Positions 30,869-40,321 of a DNA stretch of 64,000 nucleotides are shown here, piece after piece. Made by a program: the position numbers and the translations under genes. Origin of the DNA: Alphaproteobacteria bacterium (GTDB taxonomy: Bacteria; Pseudomonadota; Alphaproteobacteria; RF32; CAG-239); NCBI GenBank assembly GCA_017501665.1, contig JAFVWM010000034.1, forward strand, positions 23,963 to 87,962, read 5' to 3'. Numbering within the stretch: the first letter of the stretch is position 1; the number at the start of each line of letters is the position of its first letter. The notes beneath the pieces were generated by a model. It searched no databases. It saw only the letters and a program-made list of their open reading frames with translations, and was not told the origin of the DNA.

Positions 30869-31996
30869 TTATTTGAGTTTATCGGGATTAAGTCCTTGTA
30901 ATTCTTTCAAAGTAAACATACCGTCTTTTCTTATTAAGACATCGTCAAACCATATTTCACCGCCACCATGCGCTTTATCTTGTATCAATACCAAATCCCA
31001 ATGCACACTAGAACGATTACCGTTAAATGTCTCATCGCTGTATGAATTACCTATTGCCATATGAAGTGAACAAGCAATTTTTTCATCAAACAAAATATCC
31101 AACATTTCTTTTCTGATATACGGATTTACGCCAATTGCAAACTCGCCCATATATTTGGCTCCTTCATCAACCGCAAGCTGTTTTTGTAATTTATCGTTAT
31201 TTGCTCTCGATTCGGCCTTAATGATTTTACCATTCTTAAATTCCAAATAAACATTAGAATAAAATGTTCCGCCATAAACCGTATCGGTATTAAATTGAAT
31301 ATGTCCGTTTATCGATTCTTTAACAGGTGCCGTATAAACCTCACCGTCGGGAATATTCATATTTCCGTCGCAAACAACCGCTTTCAAATCTTTAACCGAA
31401 AATTCCAAATCGGTATTAGGTCCCTTAATCTTGACTTTATCGGTTTTATCCATCAACTTTTTTAAGGGCATCATTGCTTTGCCCATTTTCTTATAATCTA
31501 CCAAGCAACAGTCAAAATAAAAATCCTCCAACTTTTCACGTGACATTTTCGAAACCGCCGCCATAGTATCATTAGGATAACGCATTACACACCAACGCGT
31601 GTTTGGAATACGCGATTCGAAATGTACCAAATTATAATAAATATTGTTATAAAGTTTCTTTTTTGCTTCGGATAAATCAGACAAAGCAAACATATCATCA
31701 TACCCTCGCAAAGCCACATAACAATCCATTTCATCCATCAAAGATCTGTGCCATTTTGCATATTGTTCAATCTGCGCATCCGATGAATTAGCCATCAAAT
31801 TTTTAACAAACGAATTATCATTATAAAAATAAAACGGTGTAGCCCCCATTTTTGCAGCAATACGCACAAATTCATTTAACAAATCTTTTGTCGAAGCACT
31901 AAAAGCTTCAATATAAATTTTTTCGCCTTTTTTCAATTTTACCGAATTTTTTAAAACGCTTTCGGCTAATTTGGTAAGCCTTTCATCAACTCTCAT
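30869..31996 (-). CDS. aminopeptidase, M29 (AmpS/PepS/aminopeptidase T) family
   Basis: MRVDERLTKLAESVLKNSVKLKKGEKIYIE... has the typical M29 N-terminus and length (375 aa). ...HMAIGNSY...VHWDLV are the C-terminal metal-site blocks. Confidence 0.85.
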   Translation of the reverse strand: MRVDERLTKLAESVLKNSVKLKKGEKIYIEAFSASTKDLLNEFVRIAAKMGATPFYFYNDNSFVKNLMANSSDAQIEQYAKWHRSLMDEMDCYVALRGYDDMFALSDLSEAKKKLYNNIYYNLVHFESRIPNTRWCVMRYPNDTMAAVSKMSREKLEDFYFDCCLVDYKKMGKAMMPLKKLMDKTDKVKIKGPNTDLEFSVKDLKAVVCDGNMNIPDGEVYTAPVKESINGHIQFNTDTVYGGTFYSNVYLEFKNGKIIKAESRANNDKLQKQLAVDEGAKYMGEFAIGVNPYIRKEMLDILFDEKIACSLHMAIGNSYSDETFNGNRSSVHWDLVLIQDKAHGGGEIWFDDVLIRKDGMFTLKELQGLNPDKLK

Positions 31997-32000
31997 AATT

Positions 32001-33416
32001 TCACAAATCCTTTATAACTTCATTCAACAATTTTACACCAAAACCGGATGATAAAGATTTTTTATCCAATCTTAAACCGCTGATATCAATATGAGCCCAC
32101 TTAGTCCCTTTTTCAATAAACTTGTTCAAAAATGCCACCGAAGTAATTGTTGCTCGTTGTGACGTGCTAACATTCTTAATATCGGCAATATCAGATTTTA
32201 TCATTTTTTCATAATCAATATCCAAAGGCATATGCCACAACTTTTCACCGCTTTTTTCACCTGCGGAAATAAGCATTTTTGTCAGTTTATCATCATTAGA
32301 AAACAAACCGGCATATACATTACCTAACATTGCCGTTAAAGATCCTAAAGTAGCTAAATCAATGATTCTTGCAACCTTAAAATTCTTTTGCATATAAGAT
32401 AAGGCATCCGCAACAATCAATCTTCCTTCAGCATCGGAATTTAATATTTCAACCGTCTTACCACTGTAAGATGTAACAATATCCCCGATTTTAGTTGCTT
32501 TTCCGTCAGGCATATTTTCAACCAAAGCTACAACTGCCACTAAGTTCTTTTTTACTCTTTGCAAAGCCGCAACTTTCATCGCTGACACGACCGCAGCAGC
32601 CCCTGACATATCCATTTTCATCTCGAGCATCCCGTTGCCTGTTTTTAATGACAAACCACCGCTGTCAAAACAAACTCCTTTACCGACCAACCCTAAATCA
32701 TAGTCTTTTTTATTAGGATTTCCTCTCCACGAAACTGTTACAACATAAGGCAAATTCACACTTCCTTTACCTACCGCTTCAACCAATCCCAATCCTTTAA
32801 GGCAAATATCTTCCATATCCGAAAGTTCAATATCCAATCCCAAATATTCCAATCGTTTAATGTCATAAGCAAACACTTCCGGTGTCAAATAATTTGCAGG
32901 TTCATTACACAAATCTTTACAATATCTGATTCCGTTAGCCACTGCTAAATACGATTTAAAATTTTCAGTATTTTTTTCAACATCACTGACTTTTAAGATA
33001 ATTTGCTCTAACTTGGTATATTCATCATCTTTTTTTTCGGTTTTGTATTTATCAAAACTGTACGAACCCAATAAAATACCATAAGCTAAATTTTGAGCAA
33101 TTTCATCACTTTCAACAAAAATATAAGCTTTTTCATCATCAAATAAAACATCAAAAAGCTTTTCACCTACTCCTTGAATATTGAGTTTATCATCATTTTT
33201 ACCAAGTCCCAATAAAACAATTTTGCTCATTCCCCCATAAACATTTAAGCATTCACCGGACTTAGCCTCAAAATCAGCCTGAGCGATGGCGGTTTGTACA
33301 AGATCAGCCTCCGTTTCATTCAAAAACTCAACTTTAGCAGGCTTATTCTCGAACATCGCAATAACTTTTACAATATTGTTTTTAGGTTCATCTTTAGTAA
33401 AAATAACTTCCAACAT
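32001..33416 (-). CDS. pepA: leucyl aminopeptidase (M17)
   Basis: VGKGVCFDSGG, MKMDMSGAA and the signature NSDAEGRLIVAD. Confidence 0.9.
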   Translation of the reverse strand: MLEVIFTKDEPKNNIVKVIAMFENKPAKVEFLNETEADLVQTAIAQADFEAKSGECLNVYGGMSKIVLLGLGKNDDKLNIQGVGEKLFDVLFDDEKAYIFVESDEIAQNLAYGILLGSYSFDKYKTEKKDDEYTKLEQIILKVSDVEKNTENFKSYLAVANGIRYCKDLCNEPANYLTPEVFAYDIKRLEYLGLDIELSDMEDICLKGLGLVEAVGKGSVNLPYVVTVSWRGNPNKKDYDLGLVGKGVCFDSGGLSLKTGNGMLEMKMDMSGAAAVVSAMKVAALQRVKKNLVAVVALVENMPDGKATKIGDIVTSYSGKTVEILNSDAEGRLIVADALSYMQKNFKVARIIDLATLGSLTAMLGNVYAGLFSNDDKLTKMLISAGEKSGEKLWHMPLDIDYEKMIKSDIADIKNVSTSQRATITSVAFLNKFIEKGTKWAHIDISGLRLDKKSLSSGFGVKLLNEVIKDL

Positions 33417-33581
33417 AACAATTAACTCCTCAACGTTTTAAGGATTCCTTTTTTTATCAATTTCTACTTTAAACATGAAGTAGTAAAAAGTAAAATAAAA
33501 AACATAGAAAAATATAAAAAATATATAGACAAAAAAGCTTTAAGATGTTATATTTTGTCAAACCACCGGGGAGGAATGTTT

Positions 33582-34664
33582 ATGGCAAAATTAAAAAGAT
33601 ATCTTGCATTAGCCGTAAAAGAAGAGCTCGAAATCTGTGAAGAGCTTACCGATTTGCTCAACCTTATATTTCACAAAAACAGACGACATGATCAAAAGAA
33701 AAGTTGCAAAAAAAGTAAAGATCGCGGTGGGGATAAAGGAAAAAACACAACCAAAGCAAATCATGAAGATCTGATGCCAAACAAAAACGCCGATAAAGAA
33801 CGTATTAATGAAATTGTAAACGAAAAACAAATCGGAACCCCTCACATCATAATCAAGGATCAACCAAAACTTTCAGCTGAGCAGAAATTAATCATCAACT
33901 GGGATTTTGAAGGTATAAATTTAAGCAAAAACGAAATAAAAGTTTCAATTTATTTTAAAAATGTTCTTACTGCATCAGAACATTATGATATCAGTAACCG
34001 ACATGATGTTAAGGAATATAACTTAAACAATATCCCTATTTGGTCAGAAATGAAAAAATTCAAAAATTTTCAGTTAATGTATCATCCTGTTTGCCGTCAA
34101 CTTGCCAATATCGGTTATCCTCCTGATCAACTTCACTTACTCAACATCTATGATGTTGCGTATTTGATAAAAAAACACAACAAAGAAAATCTTCAAAACC
34201 TTATGCCTTGTCAACGCAGCAAATTTTTAAAAATGTTTGCCACATGCTATGGAGAAGAATTTTTACACATTGAAACAATGCTGGGAAGAGAAGAAGACGC
34301 CAAAAATTTTCTTGAATATATCAGGATACAATACATCAACCAAAACGAAACTTACTCTGATGAAAAATGGGCAAAAATACAATTATCCGCCGCAAAATAC
34401 AATGTCCACCACAAAAAGAATCGTCAATATGCCAATGAAACCGATGACTATAGTGAAATAAATGCCTTTTCAAATTTAACACTTTGCTATGCTCACCCAT
34501 ATCATACCATATTGCATCATCCGCGAGAAATTGACCTTAATACAAACCTAGTATATCTTGGTGGCTTAAAAGATGAATTTCGCATCATCAGAAATCCGGC
34601 AAATGAACGTATGTATTCACAAGGTATTGTTAAAATACAAAAACAAGGAGGACGAAATGAATGA
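33582..34664 (+). CDS. hypothetical protein with a C-terminal HNH / colicin-DNase-like nuclease motif (putative toxin)
   Basis: The C-terminus reads KYNVHHKKNRQYANETDDYSEINAFSNLTLCYAHPYHTILHH (HH...N-L...H-x3-H). The start is chosen at ATG 33582, 7 nt after GGGGAGG. The N-terminal part is Lys-rich and has no signal peptide. Confidence 0.6.
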   Translation: MAKLKRYLALAVKEELEICEELTDLLNLIFHKNRRHDQKKSCKKSKDRGGDKGKNTTKANHEDLMPNKNADKERINEIVNEKQIGTPHIIIKDQPKLSAEQKLIINWDFEGINLSKNEIKVSIYFKNVLTASEHYDISNRHDVKEYNLNNIPIWSEMKKFKNFQLMYHPVCRQLANIGYPPDQLHLLNIYDVAYLIKKHNKENLQNLMPCQRSKFLKMFATCYGEEFLHIETMLGREEDAKNFLEYIRIQYINQNETYSDEKWAKIQLSAAKYNVHHKKNRQYANETDDYSEINAFSNLTLCYAHPYHTILHHPREIDLNTNLVYLGGLKDEFRIIRNPANERMYSQGIVKIQKQGGRNE

Positions 34665-35073
34665 TATTTTTGCTGAAATAAATAAAATTCGTTTTGCCGT
34701 TACCGGAACTCCGCTCTCTGACGAAGATATAAACAATTTTCAAGCCAATCTTATTGAAAATGGTTACAGTCAACTTCCTGATGAAGTCATAACTTTCTTA
34801 AAAAAATACAATGGTTTTCTTTTTGAAAACCGCTGTATTTGGGGCATAAGCCCAAAACAAAAATATCAATATGATATTATAGGAGAAAACAATTTAGCAG
34901 AAAATCCTACACCCAAAGATTTAACTCTTTTAGGTGAAACAGAAACCACATATATCGGCTGGTATAAGTCAACCAATTCATATTCAATGATTGACAAATA
35001 TGACTTTTCAGTGATACATACATTTGACAATTTTCAAAACGCTGTACGATATTTGTTAAAAATCGATGACTAA
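34657..35073 (+). CDS. SUKH (SMI1/KNR4)-like protein, putative immunity protein
   Basis: ATG 34657 lies behind AAGGAGG and overlaps the upstream stop by 8 nt. ...LSDEDINNFQANLIENGYSQLPDEVITFLKKYNGFLFE... matches the SUKH N-terminal consensus (lg..LP.dy..fl...nG). Confidence 0.55.
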   Translation: MNDIFAEINKIRFAVTGTPLSDEDINNFQANLIENGYSQLPDEVITFLKKYNGFLFENRCIWGISPKQKYQYDIIGENNLAENPTPKDLTLLGETETTYIGWYKSTNSYSMIDKYDFSVIHTFDNFQNAVRYLLKIDD

Positions 35074-36016
35074 TATATATGTTTATTCAAGTTCAATTTT
35101 AGCTAAAGCTGCCGACACTATTAAAAACGGCGGTTTGGTTGCATTTCCTACCGAAACTGTTTATGGTTTGGGTGCCAATGCATTTGATGCCAAAGCAGTT
35201 GCTAAAATATTTGAAGCCAAAGGTCGACCTAATTTCAACCCTTTAATATCACATATAGCCGAAATTGATACCCTGTTTGAACTTGCAAAAACCGACGAAA
35301 GAGTCATAGCCTTAGCAAAACAATTTTGGCCCGGCCCGTTGACATTTATTCTAAATCGCAAAAATCTTAACAGCTCTTTCGATTTAGTTTGCGCCGGTCT
35401 TCCGACATTAAGTGTCCGAATGCCTAACCACCCCGTTGCCTTAGAGCTTATCAAAAAATCAGGCACTCCTATTGCGGCACCATCGGCAAATCGCTCACAA
35501 AGCATTTCACCGACCACCGCACGCCATGTCTATGAAAGCTTAGGCAATAGAATTGATATGATATTAGACGGAGGTGCATGCAATATCGGTGTGGAATCAA
35601 CTATTATCGACCTGACTACATCTCAAACAGTTATGCTTCGAGCCGGAGGATTAGCCAAAGAAGAATTAGAAAAATTTTTAAACGAAGAAGTTGTACTATC
35701 TCATGGAAATCCCGATCTCCCCTCTTCCCCCGGACAAATGCTCAAACATTATGCTCCTCGCATCCCAACCCGCATAAATGTTGCCCCCGATGATAGAAAA
35801 GAAAACGAATTCTATATTGGTTTCGGTAATATGGAGTGCAACTTAAATCTTAGTTCAAAAAGCGACCTGATCGAAGCAGCCGCCAATCTTTTTGCCTTTA
35901 TGCATTTAGCTGAAGAGCAAACAAAATATCCGGCCATTGCCATTGCTCCAATACCAAACACAAGCTTAGGATTGGCCATAAATGACAGAATTAAACGAGC
36001 ATCATACAATAAATAA
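35066..36016 (+). CDS. tsaC: L-threonylcarbamoyladenylate synthase (Sua5/TsaC, long form)
   Basis: YrdC domain (GGLVAFPTETVYGLGANAF, SAPSANRS) plus a Sua5 C-terminal domain. Its start overlaps the upstream stop by 8 nt. Confidence 0.9.
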   Translation: MTNIYVYSSSILAKAADTIKNGGLVAFPTETVYGLGANAFDAKAVAKIFEAKGRPNFNPLISHIAEIDTLFELAKTDERVIALAKQFWPGPLTFILNRKNLNSSFDLVCAGLPTLSVRMPNHPVALELIKKSGTPIAAPSANRSQSISPTTARHVYESLGNRIDMILDGGACNIGVESTIIDLTTSQTVMLRAGGLAKEELEKFLNEEVVLSHGNPDLPSSPGQMLKHYAPRIPTRINVAPDDRKENEFYIGFGNMECNLNLSSKSDLIEAAANLFAFMHLAEEQTKYPAIAIAPIPNTSLGLAINDRIKRASYNK

Positions 36017-36019
36017 ATT

Positions 36020-36553
36020 TTAACACGTTCTCTTATAAATATTTTTGCACAAACGATACTCAACAATCTGTAATATTCCAAACATTATAGCATATAATCC
36101 TATGGCCGTTGAAATTGCCACAGTTCCTACTGTCGGAAACATCAAAATTACCAATCCGAAAAATAATCCGACATATCCCATTAATGCCGTCCATTTCCAT
36201 GGCAAATCAATACCCTTAAATTCTAATGAACTTATTATTTGAATAATTCCTACCGTCAAACACCACAAAGCTAAAATAATCGGTAAGCTGGCTGCCGTAA
36301 TTCCTAAATTTGAAATAAGTACAAATCCTACTAAAATATCAAAAGAACCGACCAATAAATACCAACCGAACCTAAGCTCATATGATGATATAAGATAAAA
36401 CACCCCGGCGGCAATAAATCCTAATCCGATATAAAAAGCCAGTGCCAATAATGTATCAAAAGGATTAAACCATATAATTAATCCGAGTATAATCATCATC
36501 ATTCCGGCAAACAAATTCCACTTACTATTCACATATCTTGAAACAGGCATCAT
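36020..36553 (-). CDS. hdeD: HdeD-family (DUF308) acid-resistance membrane protein
   Basis: Repeated DUF308-type TM hairpins (GLIIWFNP...ALAFYIGLGFIAAGVF...). Confidence 0.75.
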   Translation of the reverse strand: MMPVSRYVNSKWNLFAGMMMIILGLIIWFNPFDTLLALAFYIGLGFIAAGVFYLISSYELRFGWYLLVGSFDILVGFVLISNLGITAASLPIILALWCLTVGIIQIISSLEFKGIDLPWKWTALMGYVGLFFGLVILMFPTVGTVAISTAIGLYAIMFGILQIVEYRLCKNIYKRTC

Positions 36554-36597
36554 AAAAACTCCTTTATAAATTTATCCTGTTAAGATATATAAGAACT

Positions 36598-37806
36598 TTA
36601 TATATGATTTAAATGTTTCTTAAAAATTTTATGTTTATCGATAAAATATTCTGCTTGAAAAACAACTGCTCCCCAAATTGCCGAAAGTACCGAACCGCAT
36701 AAAATACCGAGCCTAACCTCACCTTGCATAACCTCAGGTAATGATAATTTTCCGACAAACAACGCCATGGTAAAGCCTATACCGGCAACCGATGCCACAC
36801 CATACAAATCAATAACCTTAACTTCTTTCGGAAATACGGCAATTTTTGCTTTCATTAACAAATATGTTATTCCGAATATGCCTATTTGTTTGCCGAAGAA
36901 AAGTCCGCAAATAATACCTAAGGTCAACGTATGAGTAAAGGTTTCTAACGTAACATCACCCAAATACAATCCGGCAGATGCAAAAGCAAACACCGGCAAA
37001 ATCAATAAATCAACCCAAGGTTTAATAACTTCAACCAATTTTTCCAAAGGTGAATAAGTTTTTCTCAAAACACGCATCGGATAAGCCATGGCAACCACCA
37101 CACCTGCAATTGTAGTATGTATACCTCCGTTTAAGAAACAATACCACAACACAACCCCTAATATCAGATACGGAACAAAAGACGTAACCTGCAATTTATT
37201 CAACATATAAAGTGCAACACACGCCAAACCGGCATATCCCAACAAATCGAGCGACACACCTTGATTATAAAAAATTGCAATAATTAAAATTGCCCCCAAA
37301 TCATCAAATATAGCTATTGCCAACAAAAATATTTTGGCTGCCTGAGGTATTGCCTTACCTACCAACATCAAAACACAAACCGCAAAAGCAATATCTGTTG
37401 CCGTCGGAATAGCCCAACCGTTCATATATTGAGGATTACCGTTGTTTAATACGGCAAAAATAATTGCCGGACAAACTATACCGCCAAGTGCTGCTAATGC
37501 CGGCACCAAAATTTGTTTAGGGTCTGACAAAAAACCTTCTTTCATTTCCTTTTTTAATTCTAATCCGACTTGAAGGAAGAAAAACACCATTAACACGTCA
37601 TTAACCCACCACTCTAAAGATTTTGAAAAAGTTAAATTTCCGACACCTACAAATAACTGTGTTTCCCAAAAGTGAGCTATTGTTTCTCTCAAATCAGTAT
37701 TCGCACAAATAATCGATGCAAACATTGCCAATATCATTAAAATTCCGCTGGTCATATCATTAGATATTATTTTATTCCATATTTCTCTAAAACTGAAATT
37801 TTGCAT
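36598..37806 (-). CDS. nhaA: Na+/H+ antiporter NhaA
   Basis: 402 aa and polytopic. It has the conserved IFDDLGAILIIAIFY (the Asp-Asp pair) and PTATDIAFA. Confidence 0.9.
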   Translation of the reverse strand: MQNFSFREIWNKIISNDMTSGILMILAMFASIICANTDLRETIAHFWETQLFVGVGNLTFSKSLEWWVNDVLMVFFFLQVGLELKKEMKEGFLSDPKQILVPALAALGGIVCPAIIFAVLNNGNPQYMNGWAIPTATDIAFAVCVLMLVGKAIPQAAKIFLLAIAIFDDLGAILIIAIFYNQGVSLDLLGYAGLACVALYMLNKLQVTSFVPYLILGVVLWYCFLNGGIHTTIAGVVVAMAYPMRVLRKTYSPLEKLVEVIKPWVDLLILPVFAFASAGLYLGDVTLETFTHTLTLGIICGLFFGKQIGIFGITYLLMKAKIAVFPKEVKVIDLYGVASVAGIGFTMALFVGKLSLPEVMQGEVRLGILCGSVLSAIWGAVVFQAEYFIDKHKIFKKHLNHI

Positions 37807-37887
37807 TTTGCACCTCTTACTAATGCTATAAAAACAAAAAAGTCACCTTACAATAAGGTGACTTTCAGCAAAGCAAAAAACTATTTA

Positions 37888-38223
37888 TTAGTCAACATAA
37901 ATAATACCTTTTGACAACCTGTTAAAACATTTTTCTTTAACATCACCTGTTTTTCTTGAAACAGTAATATAACACTCACCTTCCGGTTCTGCGATATATA
38001 CTTTAGGTTGCTGATTTACGGTATTATTTGTCTTAACCAATCCGTTTATTAAAGACACTCCGGCAACGACACCTGCAACTCCCCATGCCAAATCACCGAC
38101 CGCGTGAATCCCGCCATGATGCCCACGGTAATGAAAATGATTGTGATGATGCCCTCTTCCTCTGGCCATAGCCGGCGAACATACCATCATGATCATTAAA
38201 AATGTCAGAATAAATTTTTTCAT
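37888..38223 (-). CDS. small secreted His/Gly-rich protein
   Basis: A signal peptide is followed by RGRGHHHNHFHYRGHHGGIH and a glycine-zipper segment. It is the last gene of the ECF sigma cluster. Confidence 0.6.
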   Translation of the reverse strand: MKKFILTFLMIMMVCSPAMARGRGHHHNHFHYRGHHGGIHAVGDLAWGVAGVVAGVSLINGLVKTNNTVNQQPKVYIAEPEGECYITVSRKTGDVKEKCFNRLSKGIIYVD

Positions 38224-38247
38224 TTTTCACCTCAAAATAAGTTATCC

Positions 38248-38658
38248 CTATTTATCGTGTTTATTTTTTCTGTCTTTATGATGCGAACGTTTTCCGAAAT
38301 GTTTACCTTTATGTTCTTTTTTTAATTCTTTTAATTTCTGTTTTTGCTCATCGGTTAAAATTTTCTCAAATTCACTCATATTTTCTTTTCTTATCTTTTC
38401 CATTTTTTCGTGAAGTTCTTTCTTCTGTTTCATCAAAGGTTCCATTTTTTTTCTGCCCTCTTTTCTCAATTCTTTGGCTTTTTCTTTCTGTTCCTCGCTT
38501 AAACCTAATTTTGAAGCAAACTTTTCTTGGTGTTTTTTCACTTCCTCTATCGACGGACGATTATCAAAATCACTTTTGGTTTCCTTTGCGTTAACATTAA
38601 CAATACCATTACACAGTACAATGGCACAAACAGCAGATAACAACAGTTTTTTCATCAA
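38248..38658 (-). CDS. periplasmic Spy/CpxP/ZraP-family (LTxxQ-motif) protein
   Basis: Signal peptide, two LxxEQ motifs (LSEEQKEKAKELRKE, LTDEQKQKLKELKKE) and a His-rich tail (HKGKHFGKRSHHKDRKNKH). Its start overlaps the sigma-factor stop. Confidence 0.7.
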   Translation of the reverse strand: MMKKLLLSAVCAIVLCNGIVNVNAKETKSDFDNRPSIEEVKKHQEKFASKLGLSEEQKEKAKELRKEGRKKMEPLMKQKKELHEKMEKIRKENMSEFEKILTDEQKQKLKELKKEHKGKHFGKRSHHKDRKNKHDK

Positions 38659-39152
38659 TTTTCTCCTAATAAAAATTTTAATTTTTCAGCTAAAGTTTTT
38701 CTTGCAGTATACAATCTTGATTTAATTGTTCCTTCCGGCTCGCCTAATTTTTTGGCAATCTCGGCAATGCTAAAATCTTCAAACTCAAACAGCACCAACA
38801 CTTTACGCATTTTATAAGGTAAATCATCAACCGCTTTCAAAATTATTTTTTGCCTTTTTTTAGCATCAATAATTCTTTCTTGTGAGGCTGAAACAGCTTT
38901 GTTTTCCAAAACATTTTCGTCTCTTACTTCACGCAAATTTTGTTTATATGATGACGATTTAAAATAATCCTTACAAACATTGGCTGTAATTGTTGCTATC
39001 CAAGATCTTAACTTTCCGGTTTCTTTATAATTATTGATATTTTTCCAAGTTTTAATATAAACTTCTTGTTCGATATCTTCATTATACGAACCGGTAATTT
39101 TTTTAATTATGGCTTTAATCAAGCCTTTGTTTTCTTTAATGATATTTCTCAT
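38655..39152 (-). CDS. ECF-type RNA polymerase sigma-70 factor
   Basis: 165 aa with sigma region 2 (DIEQEVYIKTWKN) and region 4 (LPYKMRKVLVLFEFEDFSIAEIAKKLGEPEGTIKSRLYTARK). Confidence 0.85.
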   Translation of the reverse strand: MRNIIKENKGLIKAIIKKITGSYNEDIEQEVYIKTWKNINNYKETGKLRSWIATITANVCKDYFKSSSYKQNLREVRDENVLENKAVSASQERIIDAKKRQKIILKAVDDLPYKMRKVLVLFEFEDFSIAEIAKKLGEPEGTIKSRLYTARKTLAEKLKFLLGEN

Positions 39153-39407
39153 TTAGCTCACCAAAAGCAACCCGTAATCATCAACCGGCAAGCCGAGATT
39201 TTCAACATACGATTCTTGATAATTGTCATATTCCATATCTATATAAGGATTATAAAAATCATCACCGATATAAAAACTTGGCATATTCACAAAAACCAAA
39301 AACAAACACGCCACACCGGCCAGAGCCGATTTAATTATACGCCTTTGTTTTTTTCTTTTGTGGTACAAAGGTTTTGCTTCTTTGATTAAATCAGAAATAT
39401 CTTGCAT
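39153..39407 (-). CDS. small single-pass membrane protein (84 aa), first gene of the ECF sigma cluster
   Basis: One TM (ALAGVACLFLVFV). Its stop directly abuts the sigma-factor start. No anti-sigma zinc motif is seen. Confidence 0.5.
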   Translation of the reverse strand: MQDISDLIKEAKPLYHKRKKQRRIIKSALAGVACLFLVFVNMPSFYIGDDFYNPYIDMEYDNYQESYVENLGLPVDDYGLLLVS

Positions 39408-39475
39408 TTTTCATCTCCTTTCTACCACTTATAACGACAGTATAAATAAAAAGGTTCATTTTTAAATGAAAAAAA

Positions 39476-40321
39476 TTATCTATATCCCAAATAAAACCAT
39501 TCATCACCGATATTTGCATTATGATTTGGAATAATCATATATCCGTCAAAACCGGCAACAATTTTTTCGCCATTATCATAATAAGCTAACACTTCACCTT
39601 TTTTAATTTCGCTCAGATGCTTATAGTCGCGACTTAATTTTCCGTCAGACTTTTTTATAATAAATGAATCAAGCTTAATTATATTTTGTTTTCTTTTTTT
39701 CATAATCGGCAAATCGACAATCTTATAATAAGCCAAAACATTTAAGATAGATTCTAAGGCTACTTCGATTGCTTTTGGTGATTTGTGATAACCGCACTCA
39801 ACGGTTATACCCGATTTATTATGCAAATAAGCATAACGTTCTGTACAACAATCTGCTATTGTTTCATTCTTTGCATAGATTTCAGGCCAACCCGCAAGCG
39901 CATTTTCAACCGGTATCAATGACAATAGCTCCTGATTTTTTTCGGTCGGATAATCAATAAATCCAAACTCTACATCACCCTCACAATGTGTCGAATGCAA
40001 ATCAAGCATAATATCACAATTATCTATTTCTTTAATAAGCTGATTGGCAATTTTTTCTTCATTATTTTTAGGATTTTGATGAAAGCAAACAACTCGATTA
40101 AGGTTAATATCGACAAAACGTGCATCTGCATTAAAAGCAGGCTCATTAACCACCGGAATAAATGTTACTTTTCCCGATTTTAATATCAATTCGCTGTTTT
40201 CTATCTTTTTAATTATTTCTCTTTGTGCAATACTGCCGGCAACCTCATTACCGTGAACACCGCCCAAAATAAGAACATGTAAACCTTCTTTACCGGACGA
40301 AAAATCATATTTAACAAACAC
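39476..40321 (-). CDS. succinylglutamate desuccinylase / aspartoacylase (AstE/AspA, M14-like) family deacylase
   Basis: N-terminus LILGGVHGNEVAGS (zinc ligands H-x-x-E) and a later LDLHSTH block. Confidence 0.8.
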   Translation of the reverse strand: MFVKYDFSSGKEGLHVLILGGVHGNEVAGSIAQREIIKKIENSELILKSGKVTFIPVVNEPAFNADARFVDINLNRVVCFHQNPKNNEEKIANQLIKEIDNCDIMLDLHSTHCEGDVEFGFIDYPTEKNQELLSLIPVENALAGWPEIYAKNETIADCCTERYAYLHNKSGITVECGYHKSPKAIEVALESILNVLAYYKIVDLPIMKKRKQNIIKLDSFIIKKSDGKLSRDYKHLSEIKKGEVLAYYDNGEKIVAGFDGYMIIPNHNANIGDEWFYLGYR

